From the NCBI RefSeq assembly GCF_018977255.1, contig NW_024704742.1, positions 17,424,001-17,488,000 of the forward strand: a stretch of 64,000 nt of DNA, written 5' to 3'. Each line of letters opens with the position of its first letter. The stretch's first letter is position 1. The stretch is from Callorhinchus milii. Its lineage: Eukaryota. The position numbers and the translations under genes are program-made. The notes under the pieces are model-generated. The model did not search any database, was not told the origin of the DNA, and worked only from the letters and a program-made list of their open reading frames with translations. This document shows, piece after piece, positions 12,266 to 25,304 of this stretch.

Positions 12266-15200
12266 CTAAAAGCAGAAACAAGAGTCAAAACTAAGAGGAA
12301 CGTTTCTAGTAAGATTTTAAATGCAAGTTAAATATACAGTAGCAAGCAGCTGTCTAAGTCTGGGGAGGAGAAGTTTTAAAAACTAAAGAGGTATTGAATG
12401 GACAGTAGTCTTAGACTGCCTTTTGCCAGCAGCGATGGTAACATAATAACTGTACTGTTGAGATGTTGAGCACCATCAGAGCTCCTTCACAAGGTGACTT
12501 CTTTCCTCAGGTTTTGTAGACATCTGCTGTTTACCTACTGACAAGTGCATCCATTCACCCAAAATTCCCCAACGCTTCCCCTTGGTTTCCTAATTGATCA
12601 GTACAGCTTAACCAATTTAGAGCTGTAATTGTGAATACAATAATATAATAATTCTTGCATTTGATATAGCACATTATAATTAATAAGACAAATTCAAATA
12701 TGGATTAATAATGTCGATCTACTTCGACAGTAGTCATGACACCATCACTCCTGGCAGATCAGGATTGTGAATCTACGTTTATAATTAAAAGCAAACTCCA
12801 TCTACTGTATAGCAACAATCTAGTCAAGCATAGAAAATAAGGTATAGAACTGCATCACCTGACTTTGGCAAAATAAACTGGCTTCCACCAATAATAAATA
12901 ATTAAATCCAGAGAAGTGCTTGGACATCCATGTAAAATAAACGGTTTTCAAGAGTAAAATGCATTTTGAAAATGAAGATATTCATAGAATACTTACTGAC
13001 AAGCATGTACAATTTTCCCTGAATTTCAGAATAAAATTTAGTGCATAAAACAGCCTCTAATAATTCAATATGTACTGTCAGTTTTACCTTAAGGAAGCAG
13101 GTAAGCAACAAGACAAACTCATTTGTCCCAACTGAGCATTTACCAATCAACCAAATAAAATGAACAGAAAACAGGATACTAGCAATCCAATTTGAAACAA
13201 TTACATTAGTTTGCAGCTTGCGTTTACTAGAATTATTCGTAAAAACAGACATGTAGTCTGTTTCTTCCTACTATCCCACTGTTTGTGAAATGACAAATGG
13301 ATAAATCAGACCATGGTAAGACATTTAAAAGCAATTAGATGCATAATGTGAAATAAACTTCACTATTTATCAGACACCATTAAGCTAGTTACATTTGGAT
13401 GAATTCTTTGAGCGGGAGGTAAAATCACATTAAAAAACAAACCTGATCCAGGTCAAAGCAGAAAACAACTGTCACTCAACACTTCTTGTTGTGCTCCTCA
13501 CTAAATGTAGGCCACTAAGAACAGCTTACTGTCACACTCAACATCTGTAGGAATCAGAGACTATGTACTTGGACTTCACTGAAGACTAGACAGACATCGA
13601 CTAGTAAAAGCTTATCCTGCACCTTTCTCCCCCACTGAAAATCAGCCGAGCTCCGTTGCTTTTCTGTTTTGCTATGCAGGAAATCTTCATCCAGCTGATA
13701 GCACACTGATTTTCATTACCTTTGATGTGGTTCTTAAGCAAGCACAGAGGCCAACAATTACCCTTTTACACAGTGTGCAACTTTACAATTTCATAGGACA
13801 TCAGCGATAAGAATGAAATCTTCCAATCATTAGAACAGATCAAAGCAAAGAATAGTGTTAAAACCGTGCATGAGGGAAAAACACACATATGGTCAGGATC
13901 AGAACAAAACAGACTGAACAGGAAACAAAAGTAATTTGCTACTGACATATACATACGTGGATAGTGTCAGAACAGAACAGAGTGAGTAAGAAACAGAGCA
14001 AACAGTTATTAATATTACAATCATCAAAGACAAAAGTTTAGTTAGTATTGGTAGAACAGAGAACATAAAGCAGAGATTAGAAACAAAGTGATTAGTTTTG
14101 TAAAGCAATTAGTATTAAGAGTTGAAAGCCAAAAGTCAAATTGTGAGAAATCGCTGACCAGACATTCAAAAAAGGAATTGTTTAGTATTAGAACAGATAG
14201 AGATAAGAAAAAATGTACAAAATGGTTAGTGCAACAGCAGATTAAATGTAAAACATACCAAATGGATATCACAGTCAGAAGAGTTTAGGCAACCAAAAGC
14301 TAAGGCAATTCTTGAATTGCATTAAAAGAAAAGACTTCTGGAACAGCCAAGAGTGAGAAACTATGTATTGCAATGCAAACAGATTTCACATTTGTATACA
14401 TCATTCTGCAGAGCAGTAGCTGTGTGGAATGGACTAACTACCAGCACCTGGATCTAAATACAAACCAGATGAAAGGAGGCGGGTTTCCCCAGCCAACAAC
14501 TGAAATTAAATTTAAAGGTTTTAATATTGTCCACAGAACAATTATCTTCCTTCAAACTTGTCAATAGGCTGAGACCAGGAAATCAGTCAAGACTCACTAA
14601 ACAATGTTACCATTAAAAGTAACTCATTAGCTCCATGAATTGCAGAGGTTGAACATACAATCTCACTCCTTGTCTTGCCTCCTTCAAGTCCTGTCTAAAG
14701 ACTTTCCTCTTTAACTATAATCTAACAAGCCAATGGGAGTTTTGCAAAACACTGTTCGTAAATGTGTCAGCAGCAGTGGAAACCTGTTCTCTCCTGAACT
14801 GAACAAAATCTTTTGAAAAGTTCTGTAGGATCAGGAAAAACACGCAGCAAGGCAATGGCTTCTGACAGATTAGTCAATGGACTGAGTCTCTAGTGTATTG
14901 CGCTGTTTGATATTTAGCTGCAAAGATATTTTCCTGGAGGTGAATTAGGGTACCGTGTGACAAAATCACACACAAAATCTATTACACGGTGCCAAGAGTG
15001 GTAGGTCTGTGATTCTCAATCCTTCACCCCAATGTGCCAAATTCCTGGTCTCAGAGACAGAAAATTAGGATTCTGAATCCTCTAAATACACACCAATGTG
15101 CCCGTTTCAAAGTATATTGCCTGAGAAATGATTTGCTATGCTCAAGGCTAGAATTTTGGTATAGACTATACTGATATAGGAGTAGAAGCTGATCAAACTG

Positions 15201-15300
15201 ATAGAACCATTTGCTATGCTCAACATATACACAGACATTCCCTCAAATTCAACACCAGCAAATTTAATGTACCTTTGTACATTTTAAATATTTTGCTTAC

Positions 15301-15382
15301 CATATAATTTAGCTTCTTCAACCAGCTTTTGACTTCTTTGACGGAGGTTCTCAGTATCAGCTAGTGCTCGCTTGTACTTGTC
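15301..15382 (-). CDS. GRPEL1: GRPEL1 exon 3 (82 nt)
   Basis: gtttgtag|GAC AAG TAC AAG CGA GCA CTA GCT GAT ACT GAG AAC...TTA TAT G|gtaagc encodes DKYKRALADTENLRQRSQKLVEEAKLYG. It is absent from the ORF track and was read directly. Confidence 0.95.
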
Positions 15383-15464
15383 CTACAAACATAAAGCATT
15401 GTACTGACTAGATGTAGGATACAAGAGCTTTGAGACATTCTCCCGACCTGAAAATTGTATACGT

Positions 15465-15775
15465 AATAATAACAAGAAATAATCCTTGCATTTGATGTAG
15501 CGCCTTATCATATCTTCAAGACATCTCAAAGTGCTTCACAGAATATACTGTAAAGTGAATTGATTGTATATTTCGTGGACGAAGCGAAATCTACAAAATA
15601 AAACATCAATTATTTCACATTTGTATAAGTGCCTTTCATGCCAGGAAGACGTCCCAAGGCGCTGAACAGTCAGGGGTTTGGACCTGAGCTGGTGGTTGGG
15701 ATCAGGAGGCAGGGAGGATAGGGATTGGAGGGTGTTCGAAGGCGCAGTCAAAGAGTACAGTCTTGAGACAGGCCT
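15465..15775 (-). mobile_element. SINE 3' tail plus adjacent L2 3' fragment in GRPEL1 intron 2 (reverse relative to +)
   Basis: AATAATCCTTGCATTTGATGTAGCGCCTTATCA...CACAGAATATACTGTAAAGTGAATTGA, then an L2 tail GAAGACGTCCCAAGGCGCTGAACAG. Confidence 0.75.
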
Positions 15776-15965
15776 AGCTCCTCTCTTCTCTGTCTGTTTC
15801 TCACTCATTCTCTCTCTTGCTTGGTGACTGCTGCAGTAGCAGTGGCTGTAATAATAATGCAAATTATAACACAAAAAAGGTATATAGGTGTAAATTGTAA
15901 AAGTACTACCGCAATCACAACAAACACTTTGTCACATTTATGTTCTATTTAAAGATAGCTCTTAC

Positions 15966-16122
15966 TGTCATCTCCTTCACTTGCTCCTCCAACTTGATCT
16001 TTTCTTCTGATAGTAACTTCTCAGCTGAGCTGGTCTCTTCTTTCTGCTCATTCTGTGGATGCCTTTGTTCCTCTTCTGAGCTTTGCCCAGTGTTTTTCTG
16101 TCGAGTAGCTGTGCAGAGAAAC
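15966..16122 (-). CDS. GRPEL1: GRPEL1 exon 2 (157 nt)
   Basis: cttgtag|G TTT CTC TGC ACA GCT...GAG ATG ACA|gtaag encodes (R)FLCTATRQKNTGQSSEEE...EEKIKLEEQVKEMT. Phases 2 and 0 are consistent with the flanking exons. Confidence 0.94.
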
Positions 16123-16280
16123 CTACAAGAGGCCACAGGATACAAGTCCAATAAAACTGCAGACATTGTATAGAGTCAAGCATACTTTTATGAAACAAGG
16201 CATGAATGAATGATGCATAAAAACGATCTTAAAAAGTGTGTTCCTTTATATAACAAGTTAAAGCAAAGACAGAGAAGCAG

Positions 16281-16400
16281 GTTCCTACTTATTGCTCGGT
16301 AAACAGAGGCGTGTGTGTGGAGCAAGGAAACTTGTCTAAAGTTTCGAACCCGGGTTCTCTTGCTTGCGAGGTGAGCGCACTAACCACTACCCTACAGGAG
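16281..16400 (-). mobile_element. tRNA-derived SINE 5' part in GRPEL1 intron 1
   Basis: The reverse complement gives CTCCTGTAGGGTAGTGGTTAGTGCGCTCACCTCGCAAGCAAGAGAACCCGGGTTCGAAAC...GCCTCTGTTTACCGAGCAATAAGTAGGAACC, matching the copy at 58448. Confidence 0.75.
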
Positions 16401-17043
16401 CGAAACCTACAGTGATGCTGTGTAGTAAAGCGCCCTCACTTTTCACAAAAATTTTCATATGATTTAATTGGGATTTTTTTGGGGGGTAATCTGTAGTTCT
16501 ACTTTGTCGCATTTAAAACCAGTTCTACTGCAGATTCACACAACTTCACAGTTTCGGGATCTTCACCGGGTTCACACACAAAAAAAAGGTACGCGCCACA
16601 TGGATCTGAACCGTAGGTGAAACTTTTGAGCAAAATAACCCCCAAAGGACAAAAAGGATTAAAAGCGTTACAGACATTACAGACCCAGAGTAAACCGCTG
16701 CAAATCAGCAGCTTAACCTGGGCTCAAGGCCGAGGAGATAAAGGACATCGGGTCAACGACCAAAGGCCTGACTTTTCCCTTACTCCGGGGGGGGGGGGGA
16801 GGGGGGTAATACCCCAACAGTAGGGGAAGGGGAGAGAGAGAAAGAGAGAGAGAGAACCCCAACAGGAACTGCTCAGTGACCGCTGCAGACAGGGCTCCGG
16901 CGTTGGGTTGGGTTGGGGTGTGGAGGTCAGGAGGCCTGGGGGAGGGTGTGGGGCCTAACTCCTCTCCCCCGGCTCTCTCTCCCCCCGCCCCCCCCGCTGT
17001 GTGTTGCTCGGTGCCCTGGGTGCGGGCTGTTGCTATGGGTTAC

Positions 17044-17111
17044 CTGCTGCTCTGGTGGCGCTGCCCGGCTCTCAGCAGCCCCAGGACACGGCTCACACCT
17101 CGCGCCGCCAT
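17044..17111 (-). CDS. GRPEL1: GRPEL1 exon 1 coding part (mitochondrial presequence-like)
   Basis: GTGATGGCG start; MAARGVSRVLGLLRAGQRHQSS(R), Arg-rich with no acidic residues; donor AG|gtaacc. The four exons total 68+157+82+350 = 657 nt = 218 aa + stop. Confidence 0.92.
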
Positions 17112-17149
17112 CACCGCTCTGCGCCGCGCGCACCCTCACCCGCTGTCGC

Positions 17150-17430
17150 TCTGACGGCGCGCGCAGAGCGCCCGGGGCCCGGCCAATCAGCTGCCGCCGC
17201 CCTCGCTGTGACGTCACAGAGAGCGGAACGCGAGAGCGGCGCCCGGTTCAGGGCGGGGGGGGGGGGGGCGCGCTGGGAGTGCGCAGGCGCGGCGCGGCCC
17301 GGGGAGGGGGGGCCGCTGGGAGTGCGCAGGCGCGGCGCGGCCCGCGGGGGGGGGGCCGCTGGGAGTGCGCAGGCGCGGCGCGGCCCGCGGGGTCAGGGGG
17401 GGGGGGAACCGTGTGGGAATGTGCGCGAAA
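17150..17430 (-). promoter_or_regulatory. GRPEL1 CpG-island promoter with CCAAT box, palindromic CRE and three NRF1-type sites
   Basis: CCAAT 17183-17187; perfect 14-bp palindrome CTGTGACGTCACAG 17206-17219 (CRE core TGACGTCA); TGCGCAGGCGC at 17280, 17323 and 17366; very CpG-rich. Confidence 0.8.
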
Positions 17431-17635
17431 AAAACTCCTCACAGGCGTTTTGTTTAAAAAAATGTCTTTAAATTGAAACCTGAAAAAATTCACTGTGTGT
17501 GGGGTCACTCTATAAGGAACGCTCATTTGGTCACGATATTGTAAGGCTATTGGTGCTCTATAAAAACCAACAGGAAAGCCGAGGCCTTCACTGGAGGAAA
17601 AGAGACCTGAGATTGTCAAGAAATCCATCAATAAT

Positions 17636-17880
17636 AATAATAATGTTTGCATTTGATAAAGCGCATTTCACGTCGGGAGGATGGCCTGAAGTGCAGTGGC
17701 TTTGTATTTGTAGGCAAACGCGAAAGCCCAATTGCACACAGCAATGAACCCACATTTTATTTGGGGGATTGTTGGCCACGAAACCAGGAGAAACTCTTCT
17801 CTTTTCAAAAAGTGACACGGGATCTTTAATGTCCACCTGAACAGGCAGACAGGACCCCAGTGCAGCATCTCTGAAGGACT
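17636..17880 (-). mobile_element. DeuSINE-like (SacSINE1/AmnSINE1-type core) copy
   Basis: The reverse strand reads GGGTCCTGTCTGCCTGTTCAGGTGGACATTAAAGATCCCGTGTCACTTTTTGAAAAGAGAAGAGTTTCTCCTGG, the core shared with the copies at 50040, 55975 and 60860. Confidence 0.7.
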
Positions 17881-17957
17881 GATCTATAAACAGGTGATTG
17901 GCATCATTGAAAAGCGGTGGGAATGAATGGGGAAATGAGAGCACTTTACACTGTTTA

Positions 17958-19675
17958 CAACAACAGCAAAATTACACGTGTAAAGCGCCTTTCACGTCGG
18001 GAGGACGTCCCAAGGCGCTGGACAGATAGTTACAGATCGAAGCTGGGGGTCGGGTTGAGGGCAGGGGGGGGAAGCAGGGAGATTGAAACCACGGTCGAGA
18101 AGGAGGGTCGAGATGCGTCTTGACAGTGGCGAGGGAGAGGGCGAGACGGAGGGATTGCGGGATGGAGTTCCAGAGGCTGGGGGCAGAATGGCGGAAAGCC
18201 CTCATGCCAATAGTGGGGAAAGCGAGACAGGAGACGTGAAGCAGGCCAGAGCCCGCTGAGCGGAGGGAGCAAACAGGATGGTAGGGGGTTAGCAAATCGC
18301 AGAGGTAGGGGGGACAAGACCATGGAGGGTTTTGAAGGTGAGGATCAGGATCTTGAACTGTATCCTCTGTGTGATGGGAAGCCAGTGGAATTGGGCGAGG
18401 ATGGGGTCGCGGAGCCTGGTGCAGAAGAGGACACGGGCTGCAGAGTTCTGGATGATCTGCAGCCTATGGAGGGAGGAGTTGGGGAGGCCGACAAGCAGTG
18501 AGTTTGCGTAGTCGAGCTTCGATGTAATGAAGACGTGTATGAGGGTTTCGGTGGCCTGTGGTGTGAGACAGTGTTGGTGCCGGGTGACGTTGGGGAGGTG
18601 GGGGAAGGCAGAGTGGGTCATGGCACAGATGTGGAGTAGAAATAGTTGAGGGTCAAACAAGACCCCAAGGTTCTGGACTGGCTTAGTAAGGTGTAGTGTG
18701 TAACCATGGACGGTGATGCCATCAGCGCCTGAGTTGTGGAGGTGCTGACGGGAGCCAATCAGGAGAACCTCGGTCTTGTTGATGTTCAACTGAAGAAAGT
18801 TAGTTCTCACCCAGACTTGATGTCTGACAGACATTCTGTCAGCGCAGCAGAGGTCCTGGAGTCAAGGGTGGAGGCAGAGAGGTAGAGTTGGGTGTCATCC
18901 GCATACATGTGGAAGTTGACCCCCTGTCTGTGGTTGATGTCACCAAGAGGGCAGTTGGGAAAGCAAGGAGATCGAAAGTACAAAGAGGAGGGTCTTGAGA
19001 TGGGTCTTGAAGAGGCAAGGGAAGAGGCGAGGCAGAGGGACTGCGGGATGGAGTTCCAGAGGGTGTGGCAGAGTGGCAGAAGGCCCATCCAATGGGGGAC
19101 GCAAAGCAGGCCAGAGCCCACTGAGTTGATGGTAGGACGTTACGTAGATTGAAGAGGTAGGGAGGAGCAAGACCTTGGAGGGCTTTGAAGATGAGGACCA
19201 GGGTCTTGAACTGTATCCTCTATGTGATGGGAAGCCAGTGGTGTCAGGTGAGGATGGGGTGATAAGGTCACGGAGCCTGGTGCGGGACAGGACAAGGGCT
19301 GCAGAGTTCAGGATGATTTGCAACCTATGCAGGGAGTAGTTGGGGAGGCCAACAAGCAATGAGTTTGCATAGTCAAGCCTTGATGTAATGAATCCATGTA
19401 TGAGGGTTTTGGTGGCCTGCGATGTGAGTCAGTGGCAGATCCGGGCGATGTGGCGGAGGTGGGGTAAGGCAGAGGGGATCATGGCATGGATGTGGGGTAG
19501 AAAGGATAGTTGAGGGTCAAACAAGCCCCCCAGGTTCCGGATTGGCTTAGTAAGGTGGAGTGTGCAACCATGGATGGTGATGCTGTCAGCGCCTGAGGTG
19601 AGGAGGTTCTGACGGGAGCCAATCTGGAGAGCTTTATCCTGTTGACGTTCAGATGGAGAAAGTTAGCTCTCATCT
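17958..19675 (-). mobile_element. Two tandem 3' fragments of an L2 LINE (decayed ORF2/RT)
   Basis: ORF pieces FHMYADDTQLYLS (RT YADD motif), NFLQLNINKTEVLLIG, ETLIHVFITSKLDYANSLL and LHRLQIIQNSAAR...HWLPITQRIQFKIL. The 18100-18800 block is repeated, diverged, at 18990-19670. Confidence 0.9.
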
Positions 19676-20286
19676 TTACTGCTATAATAGGCTTACTTCA
19701 GAATTAAAGTGACAATAAATCAATATGGAAATTAGTTGCAGTGGTAACATATGTGATGCAAATGTAACCACGTTTCTTCCTGTGTAGAAATGTGAAGAAC
19801 AATTTTTAATTGAAAGTAATGTTGGAGGAACAAACAGCAGATTAAAGAGAAAGGCACAGACAGTGAGCATAAAAGATGTGAGGGATTCTGACACAAGAAA
19901 CAGCTGCTCATTTTGTGCTTCAATGATTTAAACTTGCTGGTGCACTGAGAAAGATCAGCACAAGGGGATGGTTTTAGGCAAATGTAACAAGTAAGGGTTG
20001 AGCTACACATCAAGAAAAAGAGTTACTAATACTATTTTATAAGTAATGAAAATTGAAAAGCTCTAACAATTAGCTCCTGTTAAAAATAAAACAAATTACT
20101 TCAGTACATGTGCTTTTGTTTTAGTTAACCATGATGATGAAAGATCATTCTTATAATTTTTCTGTAACTTTTAATAAAACATGTAGAGAACAAATAGAGT
20201 GGATAGAGTCAGTTATATAATACTAGTAATCCATTTAGGGGAACTCTGTCATTATCTCCCTAGAGTGTAGGGTGATCTTAGCTGGA

Positions 20287-20600
20287 CAACAACAATAACA
20301 AAATTTCATTTATATAGCGCCTTTCATGTCGGGAGGACATCCCAAGGCCCTGGATAGACAGAGTTACGGATCCGAGCTGAGGTTGGGATGGGGGAGGGGG
20401 GAGGGCCGGAGTGGGGGGAAGCAGAATGTAATTTGTCATTTTGACCAGGCAGTTTCTGTGCCGTGGGCGGCATGGAAACCCAATTGGAGGGGTTCGAGAA
20501 GGGAGTGGCGGGAGAGGAAGGAGTGAAGCTGAGAAGCAACAAATTGTTCCTGGACCTTGGAGAGGAAGGAGCGTTTGGAGATGGGGCGGAGGGGTAAGCA
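20287..20600 (-). mobile_element. L2 fragments (3' tail fused to an internal RT-region piece)
   Basis: L2 tail ATATAGCGCCTTTCATGTCGGGAGGACATCCCAAGG, then LLEPLQLGFHAAHGTETA and RPISKRSFLSKV on the minus strand. Confidence 0.75.
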
Positions 20601-22769
20601 GTGCGAAAGCTTGCCAGACAATGCTTTCGATGTCAAGCTATTTAGCTGGTTAAACGCCAGCAGTTACCTCAATGCACACTCTGGGGTCTCCAAGCCTTGT
20701 CTCTCACCAGCTTGTGCTTAATATTCTCCAGAATTAGTAAGTTCCTTCACTCCCATTAGCCTTACATCTCATTTGCAACTGATATTTGCTACTTGATATT
20801 GAAGTTTATATTTGACCAGTTCGCATTCTATTGATCCCCACAATAAAGAAGTACATACATTTTGACTCATTCTTAAATTCAAAGCATGATTTTTTTTACG
20901 CAGAAATTCTCTATAAACAATTTTTTTGTTTACAGAGTGTTTGCAGGAACTTAAGCAAATTAAATAGAGCAAAACAACAGAAGATAAATCTTAAACTGTG
21001 AGAAACACTGCCCTCTCATGGCAAGTATCTTGAATTGAATCCAGTGAAACTGATGCGAATAAAACCTATTCTCACTGACACGAAAGAATCTGAGCAGTTT
21101 CAATTCATGATAAAAATAATGGTAACAGTGGTAAAAGAAAATGCAAAATAACTTTATACAATATGCCCATTATTAAGCACTAACTGATTCGAAATCAGAA
21201 ATAACGTTACATACGTTGCACACAATGGAGTGTTAAGGGAAGCTGTATAGATCTACTTTCATCCATTCTTCCCTGCTTTCTGCAACTCCATACTGGAGTC
21301 CCTCAGCTTTGTTCCCTCCCTTGCCACCTTTAAAGCCCATCTTAAACCCATATTTTTAACTGCTTTTGGACATCTTCCTCCCTCTCCCCAAACTTCCTCA
21401 GCTGCGCCATACTCAGCTTGGGCTCTGTGAAGGACTTTGGGTCGTCCTCCCGACGTGAAAGACGCTATACAAAATATAAAATTGTCGTATTGTGTAGGAG
21501 AGAGAGCTTCAAGGGGAAGAATAATCTTGTACTTTTTATTCAAAGACCCCCCCCCACCACCACCATAAAAATGTACTTAGATACATATATTGGAATAACA
21601 AGGTTTCTTTTGCGGGATTTCTTAATAGATTTCTTAATTCAGAAATTTGGAAGCTACTGTGCCTGACTTACATGAACTTCATTCCAACTCTTATTTACTT
21701 TCGGAACGGAGTTCTCTCAAGTTGGAGTGATGTGTGTGACTGTTTATAGTTACTGGAAGGAATCCGAGCCCCCACCGAATTTCATAATGAACTGAGTTCC
21801 TGGACACAGGTCAGCCAACTCAGCGCAGAGGAAATATTTCAATCCTTTTAATGAGGCAGAATACCCATTGCCATTTGTAGAAACAATACATATTTAGAGT
21901 TTTGGACGGAAGGGTTTTCTTAGACTTTTCTTGAACTCAATGACAGTTATCTATATCAATGCATAGCTTCATTTCTAAACAATTCTGATACTTCCACCCT
22001 GTGGAGTTACAGCAATCTGAGATTGTCCCTGCATGCATTCATTGCCCTGATTCAATGCAACGTATCACGTGTCAGAAGGTGATAGTTGTGCTTATTCACT
22101 CTTGAGAAGGAAATGATACATGATGGCTTTACACTTGTCATGGACAGTCACAGTAGCATGATCAATTGCCGTCAGTTTGAATCCATCAGTGTTGCCTTCT
22201 GACTGGTCAAGTGGAATGCTGTATTGCGTTGTCTTTTTTTGAAGGAAGCGGTGAGCAAAAAAAAACCTTTGCAGATATTCCTAAGGGTGTATTGTGATCT
22301 AATCCCATGTGAATGTAAGTTTCTAAAGAAAATATTCAGATTGCCACATGTGCAATCATTGATTAAGTATCTGATGTGTAATTTCCCTAATGAAAATCAA
22401 TTGGGTGATTTTACAGTGAAGCAATGAAGCACAGATTCAGACTATAGCCTCTGTCACTTAAGAAAAAGAAAACGGCATTTAGTATTCAGATCAAAATAGC
22501 TCCCAATGTCCTCAGGTCAAATCCTTTCTTAGCTGTGATATACACACGAAATGTTATTGATGTCACTTCCTTTACTATGTGCAGGAAATCAGCCAGTCAG
22601 TGCCAGAAGCTGCAAGTTTATATAGTACCAGAATGTACAGTACACCTGCAGTCTGCAGAAAAGCATGTCCAAGCTAATTTTTACCAAGTTGCCCCATAGC
22701 ACCTATAATGTCAAAATGTTTCAAAGCCCTTCATGGGAAATTGGTGTCAAGTGAGGCTGTCGCAATTGC

Positions 22770-23520
22770 CCACGAAATACACACTGTCAAACCCACTATA
22801 CAGTTTTTCCCGTGAAGCCTTTGAGACGCTCTGAGATGCTGCCCCACGTAAAGGGCGCTATATAAATGCAAGTTGTTGTCTTGATGACGTGATAAGGTGC
22901 TATTTCAAATGCAAGGGTTATTATATTATGAAGGGATATAATGCTAATGAATGGAAAGAATCTATTACTATATATCCTATTATGTCCTACAATAGAATAT
23001 ATATTAATAGATTATTTCCACTCATTAGCAAACCAGTGACTCAGGGTAAGAAATTTAAGAAAATCACCAAAATAATGAAAGGGGAGATTAGAAACTAAAA
23101 TCTTTATACAGAGGGTGATGTGGAATTCTATGCTCCAAACTACTGTAAAGCAGATTCCATAGATGGTTTTAAAAGTGAATTAGCCAGATTCCAGAAGAAA
23201 AATAATGTGAAAGGGTAAGGGGAGCAATTAATAATTCCTTCAACAAAAAAATAACTTGGGTCACTCAATCCACAACTGTTTGTGGGACACTGCTGTGCGC
23301 AATTGGCTACTGCTTTTCGCCCACAAAGTATACAGTCAATTCACTTTACAGTATATTCTGTGAAGTGTTTGGAACATCTCAAAGACATGATAAGGCGCTA
23401 TATCAAATGCAAGCATTATTATTATAATATTAAGTATGAGTGGGATTAGATTGGCCATGTGGAGGAAAACACCTGTACGGTTTTAAAGGGCCAAATCGCT
23501 TGCTTTTGTGTTGCAACATT
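22770..23520 (+). mobile_element. Cluster of SINE 3' halves and a CR1 3' fragment
   Basis: SINE tails ending ATCAAATGCAAG(G/C)ATTATTATTA at ~22910 and ~23410. CR1-like text lies at 23030-23230. Confidence 0.65.
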
Positions 23521-24995
23521 GTAAGGGGAGAAATTATTGGCATTTCATAACTCATTCAATGTGAAACAGTAATTATAACATTGAATGCTATCAAACACAT
23601 TGTTAAATATAATAAATATAATTATAAATTATTTATATTTAAAAAAAGAATGAGCAAAGTCATGATGCCATTGCACTGTCTAATAAGTCTTAAAGAAATG
23701 ATGATATATTTTTTAGATAATAGCGTGGATATCATGACTTTTTGAGTCACCCTGTATATATAATTATAAAATGGAAACTAAAATTTCAGAACTGAAATTA
23801 AACTAAGAATAAAGTTATAATTCAGTTGTATAATTATCACTAGGCTCAGTATCTCCCCCTCCCTAACTTACTGACCATTGTTGTGTTATTTTACCAACAT
23901 TGTGGTGCTATCTTGGAAATTTCAGGGAATTGTGGAATGTGTCTGAGTGGAATGTGATGTCCTGGAGGAAACTTTGAGTGCAGCAGAAGAAGAAGAAACA
24001 GAGTTAATTTAATTAATTTAGTCAATATCTTTCTCAGCTGCTCTCCAATGCCTTTCTTTATCATTGAGGCAATTTTTTAACGTGGAAATTACCTTGTACT
24101 GTTCCATTATGCTGAGGCCAGTGATAGCTCTTGACTTCTTTTGACCACAGTTTGGATTGATACAACAATTATCACTGGTAATAATACGTCATGCCCCCCA
24201 AACAACGGGTGTTGACACCACATTGTAATTTCCCCCCTGCTTTTTGGAAGTGGTGGAATTATTTGTCCAGACGGCTGCCTTTTCTAATTCATATTTCCCT
24301 ATGTTCTGGCCGCCACTAGTGTCCTTGTGATACTCTGGTTGGATCAACAGGAATCACTACTGAGAGGTGGAGCAAGAGGGTGCTATACAGCCCAGTCTCC
24401 CAAACCCAGAGTGGCAAACTGAAGCACTGAGGGAATCCTGAGCCCAGCACTTATTGAGTTGGGCTCCAACAAGGAAAGGTGCATTAATTAAGGGTTAATA
24501 TTGCACTCTGCTCATTAAATATAGTGAATCTGTCAAGGTGAACTAAGCTATTCTGCTCCTTCCACTAAGTTCTGCAAGTTTGTCGCCGTACAGATATAAA
24601 TAACTAACAACATTTTAAATTGTAAATTAAACGATAAATCTAAAAGTGCATTGTAAATATAAAATCGTTATTATTGTTTATAAATGAGCTGTGATAAATT
24701 TGCTGCATTTATTTTAGCAAATTTTGACATCAAAATGTGAAGTGGCTACACTAGCAGCAGCAATTTATCCTTATTACAGGCAATAGATCTTTGTCTAATG
24801 TTTATTCACATCATTGGATTTGCTGGTTGGGAATCAAAGGATTGAATGAATTCCTGGACAGTTTGGATGGTAAAGTGCCTGCAGAGATGAAAGACTACAT
24901 CAGGTTATTGAAGTAGAGTTCACCATCGTTTGGCAGGTTGAGTCCAGCAGGCACATCACTGAGCGTGAAGCTGAAAGTTTGACAATACAGTTAAC

Positions 24996-25304
24996 AATAA
25001 TAATAATAATTGCATTTGATAGAGCGCTTTTCACGTCTTCTAAACGTCTCAAAGCGTTTCACAGAATATATCGTAAAGTGAATTGACTGTATATTTGTGG
25101 GCAAAACGCGGCAGCCAATTGCGCACAGCAGTGTCCCACAAACAGTCGTGAATTAAAAATGACCAATTTATTATTTTGTTTTTTGGAGGGATTATTATTA
25201 GGCGTGTGGAGTAAGGAAACTTGCCCAAGGTTTCGGCCTGCCTGGAATTAAACCCAGGTTTCCTGCTTGCAAGGTGAGTGCTCTAACCACTGAGCTACAG
25301 GACT
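24996..25304 (-). mobile_element. Near full-length tRNA-derived SINE
   Basis: Reverse complement of the copy at 31401, with A box TAGCTCAGTGG, body and (TTA)n tail. Confidence 0.9.

Noticed and set aside
12266..12281. ORF-track start MFLLL of the GrpE ORF
   Set aside because: This is the intronic polypyrimidine tract and acceptor. The true exon starts at 12265.
16876..17652. Several 90-190-aa ORFs around the GRPEL1 promoter
   Set aside because: Translations of GC-rich CpG-island and tandem-repeat DNA. Low complexity, no homology recognised.
21006..21022. CTCF-like motif between GRPEL1 and SORCS2
   Set aside because: Two mismatches in the core, which is expected by chance in 64 kb.
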